Shown: positions 37,644 through 46,393, counted from the first letter of the stretch. The stretch: 64,000 nt of DNA from an archaeon (GCA_043803745.1 JAZDJS010000015.1:1-64000), one strand, 5' to 3'. Made by a program: numbers and translations. Notes: a model not told the origin generated them from the sequence alone.

Positions 37644-38195
37644 TCAATCCCGGTAATTGACCGAAGTTCTCAGCATTCTTTGCCCGGACCCGTATTTGAC
37701 CGACAGGGCGAACAGGAACGCCGTCCAGACGAGAAGCGCGCCGCCGACAATCGGAATCCAGCCGAACAGCAGGACGGGCGTCAGGGAGAACATTACATAC
37801 TTCAGGATCTCCACATATTTCGTCCCGCGCAATCTTCTGCCGGAAGCGACGGAACGTGCCGCAAGGCTCGCAAGGAATGCAAGAAAGGTTCCCGCAAAAA
37901 GATAGAAAAGGAACGTCCCGAAGGAAATCCCTATTGCATAATTCGCGAAAATCCAGTAGTTTATGTCCGCTCCGTTGACAAATATCCAATAAGCGGCTTC
38001 AGCGGCAAAGAACAGGAGCCGGCAAATCCCCGCCGCGGTGGCAGTTAGCAGAAGGATTTTCAGATGGCCGAACAGAACCGCCTCGAACTTTTCCTTCCGC
38101 AGGTTCGCAAGGGCGCGTTTCGGATTTTCGAGCCAGCTAATGCGTTCTTTCAAGAGGGTTGCGAGCGGAACCATTTCTCTCCACACTTCAGACAT
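37644..38195 (-). CDS. YIP1-family membrane protein
   Basis: P...L start, TM helices, Y......MFSLTPVLLFGWIP motif. Confidence 0.65.
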   Translation of the reverse strand: MSEVWREMVPLATLLKERISWLENPKRALANLRKEKFEAVLFGHLKILLLTATAAGICRLLFFAAEAAYWIFVNGADINYWIFANYAIGISFGTFLFYLFAGTFLAFLASLAARSVASGRRLRGTKYVEILKYVMFSLTPVLLFGWIPIVGGALLVWTAFLFALSVKYGSGQRMLRTSVNYRD

Positions 38196-38231
38196 ACAAA
38201 TTTAAACTTTGCTGGGATTGACGGGCGGGCA

Positions 38232-38810
38232 ATGCTTGAAATAAGGCGGCAGGCGGTTCATCTGATTCTTTTCAGCATCTGCGCATTCCCCGTGATTTAC
38301 TTCCCTCTGAACGTCTCAATCGCGATTTTCTCTCTTCTTTTATCCGTTTCCCTGTCCGGGGGGCTCATCCTAAAGTACGACCTGGAAAGATTCCTTCCGA
38401 AAAAACTGAGGATAGTGGAAGTTCTCTCAAGGAAGGCGGAACGCAAAGAAGACGCGGGGAAGCTGCCATTCTATGGGTCAACAATCGGGCTTGTGGGAAT
38501 CCTCGCAGCCCTTCTGATTTCCGGTTCAAAGGCGTTCATTCCGATATTGATTCTCGCGTGGGGCGACAGCACCTCAACGGTTGTCGGGATTCATCTCGGA
38601 AAGACCAATCTCTTTTCAGGGAGAAGCCTCGAGGGGTCAGTTGGATTTTTCTTTGCAGCGCTAATCCCCCTCTTCATTTCAACATCCCTTTCGGACGGGA
38701 AAATAGTGCTGATTGCCCTTGCAGCAACCCTGACCGAGATATTTTCCCCCGTCAATGACAATCTCTCGATACCGATCGTCACGAGCCTGCTGCTCCGGCT
38801 GCTCGCGTAG
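38232..38810 (+). CDS. CTP-dependent polyprenol (dolichol/phytol) kinase family
   Basis: RQAVH, GDS.S..VG...G, SLEGS, E......DNL.IP. Confidence 0.85.
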   Translation: MLEIRRQAVHLILFSICAFPVIYFPLNVSIAIFSLLLSVSLSGGLILKYDLERFLPKKLRIVEVLSRKAERKEDAGKLPFYGSTIGLVGILAALLISGSKAFIPILILAWGDSTSTVVGIHLGKTNLFSGRSLEGSVGFFFAALIPLFISTSLSDGKIVLIALAATLTEIFSPVNDNLSIPIVTSLLLRLLA

Positions 38811-38856
38811 GACAATACAAAGCAAAAGAAGGACGGTTCTCGCTAAAGCAGCGGTT

Positions 38857-38973
38857 TCAGAGGCCTACCCGCTGTTTCTTCATCCGTTTCATTCTTTTCC
38901 GTCTTTTTTTTCTCCATTTCCAGCGGCTTTTCTGCCCCTGCCGCTTTTTCCAAGGATGAGATGTTTTAGTCAC
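38857..38973 (-). CDS. rpl41e: Ribosomal protein eL41 (L41e/eS32)-like, 38 aa, absent from the ORF track
   Basis: GTG start; MTKTSHPWKKRQGQKSRWKWRKKRRKRMKRMKKQRVGL matches the WKK...RWKW.KKR pattern of archaeal L41e. Confidence 0.8.
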   Translation of the reverse strand: MTKTSHPWKKRQGQKSRWKWRKKRRKRMKRMKKQRVGL

Positions 38974-39045
38974 GAAGACATCCGGTTTTCTTGGGTATAA
39001 AAACGTTTGGCATCAGCCGTAAAAGCATAAAAGCGGACTTGAGGG

Positions 39046-39291
39046 ATGCTTGCCATGTTTCCGGCGGTCCAGATCCCCATCGAGAAAAGGCCCGGCGAAA
39101 CAAGCGCATACCGTGAATATTCGCGGCTCGGCAGGGGCGTTCTGAGAACCGAGGTGCGTGTTGGACCCGGCGCAATAGCGCTTTCATTTAGGGCAATAGA
39201 ACCTGAAGAGCCCCGCGATCTCCTCGACCTCCAGATTCTTGACACACCGGCCGCAAGATACTCGTTGCTTCCAACCGGAAGATATGGATAA
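39046..39291 (+). CDS. Hypothetical protein
   Basis: 81 aa ORF with GAGGG upstream, fills gap; no recognisable motif. Confidence 0.4.
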   Translation: MLAMFPAVQIPIEKRPGETSAYREYSRLGRGVLRTEVRVGPGAIALSFRAIEPEEPRDLLDLQILDTPAARYSLLPTGRYG

Positions 39292-39343
39292 GACGCTAGT
39301 TGTTCGTCCGCTGCCGAACCATTTTGCCAAGCAGAGCCCTAGC

Positions 39344-39535
39344 CCGCCAAAAATTTTCTCTTTTCCCGTGTCCGTGCTGTAGCACCGACGGTCCGAGGAC
39401 CGAACGGATTTTCTCTTGGCAAAGAGAAAAGGGGTTCCTGGTGGACTCCTCTGCCGAGGACCTTCGGCCGCCAAAAGCTTCCCTTTCCCCGAGGGATTTT
39501 TTCTTTGGAAAAGAAAAAAGGGGCTCCTGGTGGAC
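39344..39535. repeat. Degenerate two-unit direct repeat including the tRNA-Arg 3' end and its trailer
   Basis: CCGCCAAAA..TTT.CCCG...GGATTTT..AAAAGGGG(T/C)TCCTGGTGGAC at 39344-39446 and 39468-39535. Confidence 0.75.
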
Positions 39536-39604
39536 CCGCTGGGATTTGAACCCAGGTCAAAGGCTCCGCAAGCCCCCATGCTATCCAAGCTATACCACGG
39601 GTCC
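39528..39604 (-). tRNA. tRNA-Arg(GCG)
   Basis: GGACCCG acceptor stem, anticodon loop TTGCGGA, GGTTCAAATCC T-arm, encoded CCA. Confidence 0.95.
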
Positions 39605-39659
39605 GTCAGTGAAACGCGCAACCAACCATTTATAATATGTTTCAGGCGAGGAATCTTGG

Positions 39660-40529
39660 ATGACGAGCCAGATACTTTTCGGACTTGTTTCAATGCTTCT
39701 ATGGGCGATTTCCGACATAATTGCAGCTAGCGCGGTGAGAAAATCGGGAACCGGACGGGTGCTTTTCTACAGCCAGCTTTTCTCGGTCGTATTTGCATTA
39801 ATTGCGGCGCCCGCTTTCCTTGGTGCAGAAGCGGCCCGGATTGATGCAGTATCAATACTCCTTTTGTCCCTTTGCGGGCTTCTTAACGCCGGCGGGTTCC
39901 TTTTTTTCTACCGGGCTCTTGAAAGGGGGAAAATATCAATTGCGGTTCCGCTCGGATACGGATGGTCAATTGTGACGGCAGTTCTCTCTGTTGCGTTCCT
40001 TGCAGAGAGACCGAGCAGGGCTCTTCTATTCGGCTCCGTTCTGGTCGTCCTCGGGGGGGTAATATCCGAGCTCAAACTATTTGGGCACCGCTCGCAGGGG
40101 CACCAACCATTTTCCGACAAGGGAACCTATCAGGTTGTTCTATCAGTGCTACTTTGGGGAGTTTGCTACGCGCTATTTGATTCGGTTTCGTCGAGAACCG
40201 GTTCATGGTTCCTTCCGGTTCTTATCCTTCGGCTGGTTTCTCTCACGGTAATGGTTCCTTTTTTGTTCAGACCAGACAAAAAAGAGCTCCGAAAGGGGAT
40301 TCTCGTTGGAACCGCCCTGATAGGGCTTTTCGAGCTCGGCGCGACGCTTTCGTATTCTGTCGGAATCTCGATTGGCTACAGCTCGGTTGTTGCCCCAATT
40401 GCAGCGGGCGCCCCAGCAATCGTCGTCGCATATTCACTGGTTTTCCTCAAGGAAAAAGTCTCGAGAACGCAGCTCGCCGGAATTATGTTGGTTCTTCTGG
40501 GATTGATTATTGCAGCCTTCGCAGCCTGA
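39660..40529 (+). CDS. EamA/DMT family transporter
   Basis: About 10 TMs in two repeats, each ending FL.E(R/K).S. Confidence 0.9.
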   Translation: MTSQILFGLVSMLLWAISDIIAASAVRKSGTGRVLFYSQLFSVVFALIAAPAFLGAEAARIDAVSILLLSLCGLLNAGGFLFFYRALERGKISIAVPLGYGWSIVTAVLSVAFLAERPSRALLFGSVLVVLGGVISELKLFGHRSQGHQPFSDKGTYQVVLSVLLWGVCYALFDSVSSRTGSWFLPVLILRLVSLTVMVPFLFRPDKKELRKGILVGTALIGLFELGATLSYSVGISIGYSSVVAPIAAGAPAIVVAYSLVFLKEKVSRTQLAGIMLVLLGLIIAAFAA

Positions 40530-40569
40530 AAGAAGAATTTATAAACCGCTCCAAGAAGCCCAATGTATT

Positions 40570-40743
40570 ATGGCTGAAGAGAGCAAAGCATGCGTTTCCT
40601 GCGGCAAAAAAGTCGCCGCAATTAAGGGCAGTCTGACTTTTATGTGCCCTTCGTGCGGAAACGAGACGATTCGCAGGTGCTTTCCCTGCAGAAAAGCCGG
40701 AAGATTGTACACCTGCAAGGGCTGCGGATTTGTCGGTCCCTGA
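40570..40743 (+). CDS. Small zinc-finger protein (DUF1610 / HVO_2753 family)
   Basis: CVSCG..F.CPSCG...I.RC..CRK....Y.C..CGFVGP; canonical position before aEF-1beta. Confidence 0.92.
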   Translation: MAEESKACVSCGKKVAAIKGSLTFMCPSCGNETIRRCFPCRKAGRLYTCKGCGFVGP

Positions 40744-40771
40744 TTTTTTGGCTGAGAAGGAGTGTATTGAA

Positions 40772-41095
40772 ATGGAAAACGGACCTGCGCAGCAGGAACA
40801 GATGAAAAAGCCGAAAAAGCCGACCAACGTGATTACCGAAATCCGAGTGATGCCCGAAGGGCTGGAAATCGACCTTGTGAAACTGCAGGAGCAGGTCAAG
40901 GCTCTCGGCGCCCAGTCAATCGAGCTAAGGGACATCGCATTCGGGCTTAAGGCAATCCACGCGGTTTTCGCGATCCCCGATTCTGACGGAGGCGCAATGG
41001 AACGCGTTGAACAGGGGCTTGCGTCAATTCCCGGAGTTGCAGCCATCGAGGTCGTCAGCATGGGACGCGAAGTTGACTTGGACGATTTCAAGTAG
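40772..41095 (+). CDS. ef1b: Translation elongation factor aEF-1beta
   Basis: VMPE..E.DL, IAFGLKA, D..GG...VE..L..IPGV...EV. Confidence 0.92.
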   Translation: MENGPAQQEQMKKPKKPTNVITEIRVMPEGLEIDLVKLQEQVKALGAQSIELRDIAFGLKAIHAVFAIPDSDGGAMERVEQGLASIPGVAAIEVVSMGREVDLDDFK

Positions 41096-41138
41096 TTCCG
41101 GCAACAACCTATAAATAAGGAACTCTGCGAACCCTGTC

Positions 41139-41876
41139 GTGGCATATGGGACAGCGGTGGAAATAGTTGAGACGAGGTTCGTGAAATTTGACAAGCCGAC
41201 GGTAATAGAGGGGTTCCCCTCGGTTGGATTGGTTGGTTCTATCGCAACCGAATACATCGCCACGAAGCTGGAGATGGAGGAAATAGGGTTCATAAAATCG
41301 ACGCGGTTGCCTCCGGTGACAATAGTCAAGGACGGGGTTCCCAAGGCCCCGATAAGAATCTATTCCAAGGACAACATAATCGTGTTTGTTTCCGACACGG
41401 CCGTTCCCGAGAGCCTTACATACGATCTCGCGCGGACGATAGTTGATTGGTGCAAAAAGCACGGGGCAGTGAAAATCATTTCGGTCGGCGGGATTGCACG
41501 GGAGGAAAAGCCGTCAGAAGCGAAGATTTACGTCGTTGGAACCGACCCGGTCGAAATAGCGAAAATAATAGAAACCAAGAAATATTCGGCGATAAAACTC
41601 GGTTTCCTCACTGGACTTCTTGGGATTCTCATGATGGAATCCGGGGAAGCCGGAATCCCTGCGCACGCATATCTTACTGACGCGCTCCTCGATGCGCCCG
41701 ACCCCAAGGCCGCCGCGAAAACGGTTGACGCAATTGTGGACGAGCTCGGACTAAAGCTTGAAACGCAGTCTCTCGTCCAGACCTCGGACAAAATAGAGAA
41801 GAAGATTTCCCAGCTAATGCACCAGACAAAGCATCACCTGGAAGAAAGCAAGGCATATCCGAGCGTATATGGATGA
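41139..41876 (+). CDS. PAC2-family proteasome assembly chaperone
   Basis: IEGFPSVGLVGSIA, PIRIY, PDPKAA. Confidence 0.9.
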   Translation: MAYGTAVEIVETRFVKFDKPTVIEGFPSVGLVGSIATEYIATKLEMEEIGFIKSTRLPPVTIVKDGVPKAPIRIYSKDNIIVFVSDTAVPESLTYDLARTIVDWCKKHGAVKIISVGGIAREEKPSEAKIYVVGTDPVEIAKIIETKKYSAIKLGFLTGLLGILMMESGEAGIPAHAYLTDALLDAPDPKAAAKTVDAIVDELGLKLETQSLVQTSDKIEKKISQLMHQTKHHLEESKAYPSVYG

Positions 41877-42336
41877 GGCAGAACTTTGCCGAATCGCAGC
41901 TGAGATAGTTGGACGCGCGATTGCACTCAAGGACTTTCTGACAGATGAGAAAACCGCGTCGGTAGGCTACTGTTGCATATACTGTCACGACCCGGAGGAA
42001 TACCGGGCTCGTCTGACAACTGCCGCCGGAATAGGGAAAATTGTCAGGGAAACGCCAACCGGACCGTTCATACTTCTGCGTGAGCCGATTCAAACAGCCG
42101 CCGGAAGCTTGCATATACTCAAAATAAGGGCTCCCGATCCGACTCATCCTGAGCTAGGGCATGCGGATTTCACCGCGGCCGACTATCGGAAACTTAAGAA
42201 GTGGGCACTTGGACGGGAAGGATTCAAGCTAATAGTTAGGAAAGAGCACGAAATGATTGAGTTAAAGTCTCCAGAGTTCAAGGACGTCCGGGCATATTTT
42301 CCGGACCCGCCCATAGAAACAATCTTAGGAATTTAA
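41869..42336 (+). CDS. Hypothetical protein (possibly VOC/YecM-like fold)
   Basis: 155 aa, start overlaps upstream stop; LKIRAPDP...GHADF. Confidence 0.6.
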   Translation: MDEAELCRIAAEIVGRAIALKDFLTDEKTASVGYCCIYCHDPEEYRARLTTAAGIGKIVRETPTGPFILLREPIQTAAGSLHILKIRAPDPTHPELGHADFTAADYRKLKKWALGREGFKLIVRKEHEMIELKSPEFKDVRAYFPDPPIETILGI

Positions 42337-42486
42337 CCCTTTCCGCGCAAATCTCCCATCCTTTCAGGGCGGAGATACGCGTGATCTTCGACCGCGAAGA
42401 TAGGCTCGCTCCAAGGATTTCACACCATTGGCCGGCTTTGCCGGCCCATCTTAGGAATCCGCGGGCTTGAGCCCGCGGTAGTTCAA
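42337..42486 (+). mobile_element. Non-autonomous IS200/IS605 derivative (PATE-like, 150 bp), element E
   Basis: Follows TTTAA; left hairpin ATCTCC..CCT-TTC-AGG..GGAGAT; right end GAAT-CCGCGGGCT-TG-AGCCCGCGG-TAGT-TCAA, matching the IS608-type GAAT guide / TCAA cleavage arrangement. Confidence 0.75.
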
Positions 42487-42753
42487 TCAGGCGCGCCCGC
42501 CTCGCCAAAGCTCCAGGTTTTCCTTGCTAGGGGTTTTTGACAGGAGTTTTTTTGCCTCTCTTAGGCTTTCCTGGTCGGGATATTTTCCGCATTTCGGGCA
42601 TTTTTCGCTCTCGGAGACGTTCCAACCCCAGCCGCAGCGCTTGTCGGAGCAGTAGACAATTCCCGCAGATTCAACCCCGCGCCCAAGCTCGAAAGTTTTC
42701 CGGTTCGCCTCAATCATCTTTCTGTTCGGCCTGAAATAGTTCGACTGTGCCAT
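42487..42753 (-). CDS. Small zinc-ribbon protein (YCSxKxCGWGW family)
   Basis: GIVYCSDKRCGWGW...KCPKCG; paralog of 26909-27253. Confidence 0.72.
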   Translation of the reverse strand: MAQSNYFRPNRKMIEANRKTFELGRGVESAGIVYCSDKRCGWGWNVSESEKCPKCGKYPDQESLREAKKLLSKTPSKENLELWRGGRA

Positions 42754-42801
42754 TGTAGGACCTTCGCCAACGGCGACCTTTTTTAGAGTTTTCCCGCCCC
42801 A

Positions 42802-43554
42802 TCACGCAACCAAAGGCACCGTGGAATATCCCCCGCTGCTTGAAAGGTACTGCTCGTGGAAAATCGGCGGCTTGCCCATGTTCCGGAGAAGCTCCGCGGT
42901 TATCTGTCTGACGAAAAGCTCCTCTCCCCCGCCGAGAATTTGGTGGACCTTTTCGTGAAGCCCGATTTCGAATTTTCCTGCGGGCGACTCTTCCTTTTTC
43001 ACACGTATCTTTCTTGTTCCGAGTTCGGCCGTTCCAAGAGTATCTTTCCCCAGCATATGCCCCGGAACCTCGCGTATGTCAAAATTGCTATCCGCAAGCA
43101 CTTCCGGGCGCGCGTATATCGAATCAGCGACGACCTTCGCAGCCGACTTGTGCGGAGTCCGTCCGTGCCCGTATCTGGGGTCTTTCTTTGAAGAGCCATA
43201 AACACCTTGCCTTGCGCCATATTTCTTTGGCCCCGCATCGTAAATTTCGACGGCAGTAACTTTCCCGGAAGAAGTTGCAAGGATTCCGTATGCCCCGGCA
43301 AAAGGGTCCGGTCCCGCTAGAACGCCGGGCAAGTCTGTTGCCGCGTCCATGACCGTCCTGTCAAGCACCTTGTAACGGGGATTCTCCTCAGGAGTTTCGA
43401 TTCGCCCAAGGACATACGCGACAAACGCGCCGGGCTTTTCAGTTCCTGCAACGATGTGCCCGCGCGTCCCGAAAAGAAGGGAATCCGTTTCCGGCGAAAG
43501 TACAAGGACTGCAAGCTCCTCAATCGGAAGATTTGCATAGTTCGCAGTCAACAT
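42802..43554 (-). CDS. Hypothetical protein with C-terminal HExxH (minimal zincin-like) motif
   Basis: LG.A......I.V...IGLHEKVHQ.....E. Confidence 0.55.
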   Translation of the reverse strand: MLTANYANLPIEELAVLVLSPETDSLLFGTRGHIVAGTEKPGAFVAYVLGRIETPEENPRYKVLDRTVMDAATDLPGVLAGPDPFAGAYGILATSSGKVTAVEIYDAGPKKYGARQGVYGSSKKDPRYGHGRTPHKSAAKVVADSIYARPEVLADSNFDIREVPGHMLGKDTLGTAELGTRKIRVKKEESPAGKFEIGLHEKVHQILGGGEELFVRQITAELLRNMGKPPIFHEQYLSSSGGYSTVPLVA

Positions 43555-43618
43555 ATTCTCATTCCCAGGTTTTGCTACTTGGCAATTGCATTAGGGGTTT
43601 ATCAAGCTTTCCCTCAAA

Positions 43619-44131
43619 CTATTCAATCCGGTCGATGTATTTTACCCAATCCTTCTCCGAAAGCTGGAACACTTGCGCGCCATTTGCCTGCGCAATCATA
43701 AGCTCCTGCCCGAACTGCGTCTTGGTGGTTCCTTTGTAATTGTCCTTTCCAACAACCAACTGCACGCTTGACTCTTGGGCCGAGCCGCAGGGCGAGCAGA
43801 CAATTCCGATGATTGCAGTGTCCTTGTCAGCAAGGCCCTCAAGCTTAATGCTTATTTTTGGCGGGCTCGCGGTGAATCCGGTATAAACAAGGAACGCGCC
43901 CCCCAGAAGAAGGAGAATTGCGAGGATGTAAAGTATTTTCTTCTGCCCGCCTCCGACATCTTTGCCAATCTGGAAGCTCCCGCCCGAGGAAGGGATTGAG
44001 TAGCCTCTCTGAGGAGACGGCCAATATGAAGGGGAAGCTGCCCCGTAATATCCCCGCCGTTGCCCGCCCGGAGAGGGCCAGTTCTGTTGTTGTCCCCCCA
44101 GTCTTTGCGGAGTTCCCAAAGTCACTGCCAT
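43619..44131 (-). CDS. Hypothetical single-pass membrane protein with low-complexity G/Q/P/S N-terminus
   Basis: One TM (ILYILAILLLLGGAFLVY); GTG start overlaps upstream gene end. Confidence 0.6.
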   Translation of the reverse strand: MAVTLGTPQRLGGQQQNWPSPGGQRRGYYGAASPSYWPSPQRGYSIPSSGGSFQIGKDVGGGQKKILYILAILLLLGGAFLVYTGFTASPPKISIKLEGLADKDTAIIGIVCSPCGSAQESSVQLVVGKDNYKGTTKTQFGQELMIAQANGAQVFQLSEKDWVKYIDRIE

Positions 44132-44658
44132 TTTCCTAACGTGAACCTCTCAATTGTTTCATGTACTGCGCCGGTCTCACCCAACCTGCTTTCTTTTAAT
44201 AATATCTCCTTTGCGATAAAGGAGCCAAACTCGAGTTCTCCGAACTTGTCAAAAATCCCCCCGAAATTTCCCTTCAGGAGCTTTACGCGCCCGATAGTTA
44301 TGTGCGGTCTGAATGCCCCCGGTCCCGCCTCTGGGACGCCCAATCTTTCCAGTTCATACGCGCCCCGGCACTGCGCAAAGACGACCCGCGGGCTGGCTTG
44401 GTTCGGGAAAGCGGAAATTCCCCTGACATTGATGGGGAACGGCAGTGTTTTCTCGGAGACACGTCGCCATCTTTCCGAAATCCCTCCTAGCGCATCCGCG
44501 GCAACATCCCCGAGAAATTCCAGATTGATGTGGTACTGGGTCGGCTCGACATAATTCATCGGAACCCCGAATTGTTTCAGTTCCCTCGAGACGAGGGCAA
44601 TATTGTTTTTGACCGCGCTGTCCGGCTCAATGCAGACGAAACATCGTTTGGTTTCCAT
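44122..44658 (-). CDS. thpR: RNA 2',3'-cyclic phosphodiesterase (2H family, 2'-5' RNA ligase)
   Basis: RCFV.I, HINLEFLG, AFP....PRVV, F.PHITIGR, ES.L...G. Confidence 0.9.
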   Translation of the reverse strand: METKRCFVCIEPDSAVKNNIALVSRELKQFGVPMNYVEPTQYHINLEFLGDVAADALGGISERWRRVSEKTLPFPINVRGISAFPNQASPRVVFAQCRGAYELERLGVPEAGPGAFRPHITIGRVKLLKGNFGGIFDKFGELEFGSFIAKEILLKESRLGETGAVHETIERFTLGKWQ

Positions 44659-44718
44659 TCTAGGGTGAATGCTTTAAAGGAGTACAAATCATTTTCCTTT
44701 TTGGAGCGCAGACTAGAA

Positions 44719-45393
44719 ATGCAATCGGCAAAGAAAGGTGTCGTCGTCTTAAAGGTCGGAGGTTCAGTGGCTTTCCCGGGAAAGCCGGACCCGGAGGTGA
44801 TAAACAAGCTTGTCGAATACATCAACCAGTTCAAAAGCCAGGGGAAGCGGGTTGCCGTTATCGTCGGCGGAGGGAAGCTTGTCCGTGATTATGTTTCAGC
44901 CTTAAGGGGAACTGGGATGAACGAGGCATTCCTCGATGAATTGGGAATCCTGATAGGGCGGCTCAACGCGCGGGTCGTTGCAAAAATGGCGGACGGCCGG
45001 TTTGTCGAAACCCTTGAACAGGCAAGATATGTTGTCGAGGAGGGCATCGTCCCCGTGATGGGCGGGATGATTCCGGGACAGAGCCACGATGCCGTTGCCG
45101 CGGTAGTCGCGGAATATTTGGAGGCCGAACATCTATACATCCTCACCGATGTCGGCGGCGTTTACGACAAGGACCCGAAGATTAGCTCCGACGCCCGGCT
45201 TTTGCCAAATCTTTCCTTTTCCGAGATGATACGCCTCTGCGAAGGGCTCGAGAGCAAGGCAGGAAACTACCCTATATTCGATTTCGTCGCCGCAAAGGTA
45301 ATTTCCCGTTCGAAGATAAGAACCACCCTGTGCAAATTCGAGAACCTTACCCTTGCAACGGAAGGAAAGTCAGGAACTTTGGTTGATGGCTGA
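44719..45393 (+). CDS. pyrH: UMP kinase
   Basis: LKVGGS, VGGG, D.LGI...RLNA, GG..PGQS.D, TDVGGVYDKDP, GT. Confidence 0.93.
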   Translation: MQSAKKGVVVLKVGGSVAFPGKPDPEVINKLVEYINQFKSQGKRVAVIVGGGKLVRDYVSALRGTGMNEAFLDELGILIGRLNARVVAKMADGRFVETLEQARYVVEEGIVPVMGGMIPGQSHDAVAAVVAEYLEAEHLYILTDVGGVYDKDPKISSDARLLPNLSFSEMIRLCEGLESKAGNYPIFDFVAAKVISRSKIRTTLCKFENLTLATEGKSGTLVDG

Positions 45394-45937
45394 ACCGGAA
45401 GCGCGGAAGGTAATAGCGGTCGTCGGAATGCCGGGTAGCGGCAAGGGGACTTTTTGCGAGGTTGCGGCAGAGCTCGGATGGATGGTGATAACTTTCCGGG
45501 AAGTCGCAGTCGAAGCAACAAAAAAGCACGATGCAAGCAACGACGCTCTCGCAATCCACCGTGTGGCGGACCGCCTTCGGAAGGAAATAGGTCCCGATTG
45601 GATAGCGCGAGAAATTGCGGGAAGGATGAAATCTCTCAGCGGGAAAATATGTCTTGATGATATGCGCACCCCCGAGGAACTCCGTTTTCTCAAAGGCGCC
45701 TTTCCCGAACTGAAGGTAATAGGAATCTCGGCCCAAAAGGAAGACCGGTTCGACAGGCTGATAAGACGGAACAGATGGGACGACCATGTGGACCGGGAAA
45801 CATTGGAGAAGAAGGATTCCGGCGGGGGCGCGTGGGGAATTCCCTCTCTTCTGGAAAAGTCGGACTTTCTGGTCGAGAACGCCGGGGCTCTGGAAGAGTT
45901 CAGATCGGCGTCGAGGAAAATCTTGGAGGGCGTTTGA
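45386..45937 (+). CDS. P-loop nucleotide kinase (UPF0200 / dephospho-CoA kinase-like)
   Basis: VGMPGSGKG, DD.R..EE, RF.RL..R.R.DD. Confidence 0.85.
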   Translation: MAEPEARKVIAVVGMPGSGKGTFCEVAAELGWMVITFREVAVEATKKHDASNDALAIHRVADRLRKEIGPDWIAREIAGRMKSLSGKICLDDMRTPEELRFLKGAFPELKVIGISAQKEDRFDRLIRRNRWDDHVDRETLEKKDSGGGAWGIPSLLEKSDFLVENAGALEEFRSASRKILEGV

Positions 45938-45942
45938 AAAAA

Positions 45943-46386
45943 ATGTCCGGAATCATCCTGAAAATATCCGCCGAAATCAACCCGACAGAGTCCGAGGAAA
46001 AACTCCGCACAGCGCTGTTTGGCCTGTTTGAGGACGTCCGGTTCGAGCGCGTGAGAAATAATCTGTCCGGAACCTCGGAAAGCAGCCAAGACCTTGAAAA
46101 ACTCCGCGCAAAAATATTCGAGAAACGGATTATCGACACGGTGCGTTCGAGGCTTTTCCGGAATTCAGCAGGCACCCAGACAACTATCCTTCTCCACAAG
46201 CAGGCTCTCGCCGCCGGGAGAATCGCTGTTGTTGACTTGCCCGATGAAAGTCCCCTCGGTGCAGTGGAACTTTCCGTTTCCGCTCCGTCTTCCGAAGAAT
46301 TGGAGAATTTTATAAACTGGTTTTCCCCTGAGACTAGGGAGGGGGTTGTTGTTTCGATTGAAGGGAAGGAAAAGGACCGCTACTGA
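45943..46386 (+). CDS. UPF0201 (DUF54) putative RNA-binding protein
   Basis: PTE.EEK, I.DTVR, HKQA..AG, ESPLG. Confidence 0.88.
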   Translation: MSGIILKISAEINPTESEEKLRTALFGLFEDVRFERVRNNLSGTSESSQDLEKLRAKIFEKRIIDTVRSRLFRNSAGTQTTILLHKQALAAGRIAVVDLPDESPLGAVELSVSAPSSEELENFINWFSPETREGVVVSIEGKEKDRY

Positions 46387-46393
46387 AGCTCTT

